Part shown: positions 24,659-27,841 of the stretch, piece by piece
How positions within the stretch are numbered: the stretch's first letter is position 1
Layout of the letters: each line of letters opens with the position of its first letter
DNA from: a virus
Lineage: Duplodnaviria; Caudoviricetes
DNA: 27,841 nucleotides
Direction: 5' to 3' (one strand)
IMG/VR virus record: IMGVR_UViG_3300027804_000186
Coordinates: 1 to 27,841 of that record
Notes under the pieces: generated by a model
Told to the model about the DNA's origin: nothing
The model's input: the letters and a program-made list of their open reading frames with translations, nothing else
Databases searched by the model: none
Translations under genes and position numbers: made by a program

Positions 24659-25282
24659 TTATAATGTGCTATTTAAAACTGCTAAATCGTTAAGATAAAT
24701 TGGTGATTTTCTTCCATTATCTAAAATTATTTTATCATCAATAAGCATTTGCAAAAGCTTAATAGCATGTTCTGGTTTAATTGTATTTAAACGAATACTA
24801 TATCCTTCATCAGCCCACCAATCATCGCCGTGATATTCTAAATCATCTTCTAATTCAAGATCTACAAAATCATCATGACCTGTATAGTGCAAAAACTTCC
24901 AAACAGAAAAATCATCTCCATAATAAAGATTCTTACCTTCTTGTTCGGTTAATCCTAAAAACTTATTTGCTTCTTTTTCAAAATGATAAGAAGCATGCTT
25001 TGTTTGATCTTCTTCAGATATATTAAGAAAAGGGTTTTTCCAATCATTTGCTACTGCTGTGGCAAACCCCGCAATACAACCTACTGAATCACAATTAAAT
25101 AAATTTGTGGTCAAGTCTTTTATAAGGACTGATGTTGTTTCTTCTTTATAAATATCATCTTCATTTGCTCTATAACCTGAACCATATCCAATAATTCTTC
25201 CAATAAAAGTACTCATATTGAATCTACGTTTACCATCAAATTCAATTGCTTTAATTACTTTTGCAATATTTTCTTTGTTCAT
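24659..25282 (-). CDS. Hypothetical protein, paralogue of 24006..24638
   Basis: Same conserved block; AAGGAG RBS. Confidence 0.82.
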   Translation of the reverse strand: MNKENIAKVIKAIEFDGKRRFNMSTFIGRIIGYGSGYRANEDDIYKEETTSVLIKDLTTNLFNCDSVGCIAGFATAVANDWKNPFLNISEEDQTKHASYHFEKEANKFLGLTEQEGKNLYYGDDFSVWKFLHYTGHDDFVDLELEDDLEYHGDDWWADEGYSIRLNTIKPEHAIKLLQMLIDDKIILDNGRKSPIYLNDLAVLNSTL

Positions 25283-25482
25283 GATGTTTCTCCTTTATGG
25301 AATTTTAATATTTTGGTTATTAATTGTATTGTGTTGTTATTTAACACTATTTCATCGTTATTTTGAGCTATTCTCCAAGGAAATAAAATCCCAACTGCAT
25401 CTTGTAATTCATTTATTGAATTGATCATATCTTCTTGGACTTGTTTATCTGTGCGAGTATCCATTTCTATCCCCTTTCTCAT
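25279..25482 (-). CDS. Hypothetical protein
   Basis: 67-aa ORF; start possibly at MDTRT. Confidence 0.6.
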   Translation of the reverse strand: MRKGIEMDTRTDKQVQEDMINSINELQDAVGILFPWRIAQNNDEIVLNNNTIQLITKILKFHKGETS

Positions 25483-25484
25483 TG

Positions 25485-25712
25485 TTACACTTCTTCACTT
25501 GTCATAATAAATACGCTAATATTTTCTTTTACATTTTTACCAAACAAAGCGCCAGGCCCATTTCCTTCTGAATCTTGAGATGGATAAATAATATTTCCAT
25601 CATCTAAAAGCAAACCAATACAAGGATAAGGACTATTTTCCCAACCTTCATCTTCAACTATTTGTTTAGTTAAATTAATAACATCAACTATTTTTTTTCC
25701 AATAATGTTCAT
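25485..25712 (-). CDS. Conserved phage hypothetical protein (S.D.EGNGPGALF)
   Basis: 75 aa; recurrent phage motif. Confidence 0.7.
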   Translation of the reverse strand: MNIIGKKIVDVINLTKQIVEDEGWENSPYPCIGLLLDDGNIIYPSQDSEGNGPGALFGKNVKENISVFIMTSEEV

Positions 25713-25906
25713 CTTGACATCTCTTTCATTTGCTCTTGGTATTCATTGTGGATATATTCCCAATATTGATTTAATTCTTCTTTTGTTGCTTCAGATGTAT
25801 CAATTCCATTAGATATTTGATGCTGATAATTCAAAAGAATATCTGCGTAAATATCATCGCAATTGATTGCATCTTTAACCATTCCCCGCCAGTATTCATT
25901 ACTCAT
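25709..25906 (-). CDS. Hypothetical protein
   Basis: 65 aa, translationally coupled. Confidence 0.65.
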   Translation of the reverse strand: MSNEYWRGMVKDAINCDDIYADILLNYQHQISNGIDTSEATKEELNQYWEYIHNEYQEQMKEMSR

Positions 25907-26273
25907 TATTTTCCTTTCTGTTTTCTAATGATTTTTTTAATACATCAAGTTGTTCATTTGTACAAAGAGTACTAAATGCTGATATTGCTGCTTCAATAGC
26001 ATTATCACTCCATATTTTTTTATATAAAGATATGATAGATTCAATTTGTTGTTCTCTCTCATACTCTATTTCTATTACATCATCTAAATGAATATCGCCA
26101 AAATCCCAATAACATTCTTTAGAAAGTTTGTCATAATCAATTTTTATTTCACCATCCTTAACTTTTTGTTTTGCTTCTTCAGCATTATTTGCTTCAACAA
26201 TAAATGTATAACCTGTAGATATCCAAGCATTAACTTTATATTTTTTCATTTTTTCTCTTTCTATTAGGCACAT
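25899..26273 (-). CDS. Hypothetical protein with VEANNAEEA motif (DpnD/PcfM-like small domain)
   Basis: MKKYKV...VEANNAEEAK pattern; real start probably MKKYKV. Confidence 0.6.
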   Translation of the reverse strand: MCLIEREKMKKYKVNAWISTGYTFIVEANNAEEAKQKVKDGEIKIDYDKLSKECYWDFGDIHLDDVIEIEYEREQQIESIISLYKKIWSDNAIEAAISAFSTLCTNEQLDVLKKSLENRKENNE

Positions 26274-26346
26274 TGGGAATAAATTTTGGTTTATTATTTT
26301 TTAATTTAATAAAAGGTGGTCTTACTGAAGTGTAATTTTTTATCAT

Positions 26347-26538
26347 TTATTCCTCCATTTGTATAAGTGTTTCCATAATTTCCCAACCATTGCCAATACA
26401 ATTCTGCTCAAGATGTTTAAAGATTTTGTCAAGCATTTGTTTAGCTTCTAAATCTGACATTCCTGGACGTAATTCCTTAACATCACGCCAACTCCATTTA
26501 ATTACAACATCTTCTGATTTAAATGCTTTTGTTTTCAT
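26347..26538 (-). CDS. Hypothetical protein
   Basis: 63 aa, GGAG RBS. Confidence 0.65.
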   Translation of the reverse strand: MKTKAFKSEDVVIKWSWRDVKELRPGMSDLEAKQMLDKIFKHLEQNCIGNGWEIMETLIQMEE

Positions 26539-26542
26539 AACT

Positions 26543-26782
26543 TCACTCCGTGTCGTATTCTAATTCATAGTCAATAATAGAAAATTCATTTTCATTTGGA
26601 TTCCATTTTTTAAACTCATCAAGATTTTTAAAATAATAAAAAATACAATCGTCATCTACCCCATAACTATCTATACCATTAACTTCATCATATTCACCAA
26701 AAGATATATAAACATCTTTTGTTTCATTTTCGTCATGATATTTAATTGTTGCATGCGCCCCAATAAGATTACTGATTCTCAT
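26543..26782 (-). CDS. Hypothetical acidic protein
   Basis: 79 aa, GGAG RBS. Confidence 0.65.
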   Translation of the reverse strand: MRISNLIGAHATIKYHDENETKDVYISFGEYDEVNGIDSYGVDDDCIFYYFKNLDEFKKWNPNENEFSIIDYELEYDTE

Positions 26783-27140
26783 TATCCAACTCCAATGCTT
26801 TGTTTGTATTTAGAAAATCTAAAACTTTTGACCAATGAGCACTATTTTTTGTGATCAAATCATTAAAGTCTTTTTTAAGTTTTTCACCTAAACCAATTTC
26901 TGTTAATTGCTTTACATAAGCCGCAAATTCTGGTTTATTTGTTTCAAAATGCATAGTTTTGCCGCTAACCGGATTCCTTACATAAACAAAATTACCATCA
27001 GTGCACGGAATCAATAGACTATAATTACTATTAATCGCAGCTTGAATTGTTAATTGTAATTCTGTTTTTGCATCTTTTTTTTCTACAAACTTTTTAGTTA
27101 CCATATTACATATCTCCATCTTCTTCTTTGTTAATTTCAA
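26769..27140 (-). CDS. Hypothetical protein
   Basis: Real start probably MVTKK after GGAG. Confidence 0.65.
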   Translation of the reverse strand: MKLTKKKMEICNMVTKKFVEKKDAKTELQLTIQAAINSNYSLLIPCTDGNFVYVRNPVSGKTMHFETNKPEFAAYVKQLTEIGLGEKLKKDFNDLITKNSAHWSKVLDFLNTNKALELDNENQ

Positions 27141-27318
27141 TATCTATAATTGAATTTTTTATAATTATTCCTTGCTGTTCTGTCATATCTGGAATAAATT
27201 CCATTAATTTCTCTATCGCTTCTAATTCCAGAAAGTCATTATCATCTTCTTCCGTTTCCCAAGTATTTATATATACTGTATGGTAATCAAAAGAAATATG
27301 CGCTGAAACTAATGCCAT
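27106..27318 (-). CDS. Hypothetical acidic protein
   Basis: 70-aa ORF. Confidence 0.6.
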   Translation of the reverse strand: MALVSAHISFDYHTVYINTWETEEDDNDFLELEAIEKLMEFIPDMTEQQGIIIKNSIIDIEINKEEDGDM

Positions 27319-27352
27319 TGTTTACTCTTTTCAATTTTGGTTAATATATTTT

Positions 27353-27673
27353 TTATTTTTGCCCTAATGCTCTAAGTTCTTTAATCATCTTTTCTGAAAC
27401 AAAATCATTAGCTAATCTACGAATATCATAATAAGCACCTTCCCCCAGCAATTCTTGCCTGTATCTATTGCCGGTTTTATTATCTAAAATTTCATATTTT
27501 TGATATGCGCTTCTAAAATTTTCAACAGATAAGCCATTTGAATACTTAGCGTCTGCTTCATAAAAAACAATTTCTAAATCTAATAACGGATAATCATTAG
27601 TCCAGTTATATTGTTTAATTTCTACTTCGCGCCAATCACTTACTCTTGGGAATATATTTTTTTTAGTTTTCAC
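27353..27673 (-). CDS. Hypothetical protein
   Basis: 106 aa, GTG start overlapping the upstream TGA. Confidence 0.65.
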   Translation of the reverse strand: MKTKKNIFPRVSDWREVEIKQYNWTNDYPLLDLEIVFYEADAKYSNGLSVENFRSAYQKYEILDNKTGNRYRQELLGEGAYYDIRRLANDFVSEKMIKELRALGQK

Positions 27674-27841
27674 TGAACTTCCTGTTCTTCATTGTAAACA
27701 TTACCAATTTGACTCAATTCATTTTCCCATTTTTCAACAGGAAAACGATCATGAATAAGTTGCAGTTTAGATAGTAATTTTACATTTATTTTCCATTTAG
27801 GCATTGAATTGCTTAATGCTTTTAAAATTGCTGGGTGATAA
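27670..27841 (-). CDS. Partial hypothetical protein (3' end), possibly related to 23333..24031
   Basis: Hand-translated ...YHPAILKALSNSMPKWKINVKLLSKLQLIHDRFPVEKW...; shares the Q.IHD....W motif. Confidence 0.55.
   Translation of the reverse strand, partial: YHPAILKALSNSMPKWKINVKLLSKLQLIHDRFPVEKWENELSQIGNVYNEEQEVQ

Noticed and set aside
1-27841. Stop-codon reassignment, tRNA genes, introns or inteins
   Set aside because: Core genes are intact in the standard code with TAA, TAG and TGA all used as stops; nrdJ, portal and MCP are of normal length; no tRNA cloverleaf seen by eye (tRNAscan not run).

Overview
Fragment of a large AT-rich tailed dsDNA phage genome, resembling uncultured freshwater Caudoviricetes. 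(1) 1-10.4 kb, minus strand: glycosyltransferase, class II ribonucleotide reductase, HK97-type portal, prohead protease/scaffold, major capsid protein, then small virion proteins and a truncated tail-fibre-like gene. (2) 10.6-17.5 kb, plus strand: probable internal head proteins, a nucleotide-modification-associated protein, AdoMet decarboxylase, an HExxH protein and an FmdB-type zinc ribbon; several genes look leaderless. (3) 17.67-17.75 kb: a 42-nt stretch complementary to universally conserved 23S rRNA H69-H71, followed by a hairpin. (4) 17.85-21.57 kb: a GC-richer array of eight self-contained expression cassettes. Each has a ~40-bp hairpin with a GCTTYAGC core, an invariant AATTGAGCATA box at fixed distance, a -10 element 20 bp further on, an RBS, one small and mostly unrelated ORF, and an intrinsic terminator. 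One cassette also carries a ~117-nt structured leader RNA. (5) After an AT-rich non-coding junction, a minus-strand run of small hypothetical genes with paralogues. The cassette array and the anti-23S element are the most striking features. Family names are from motif recognition, not database searches.
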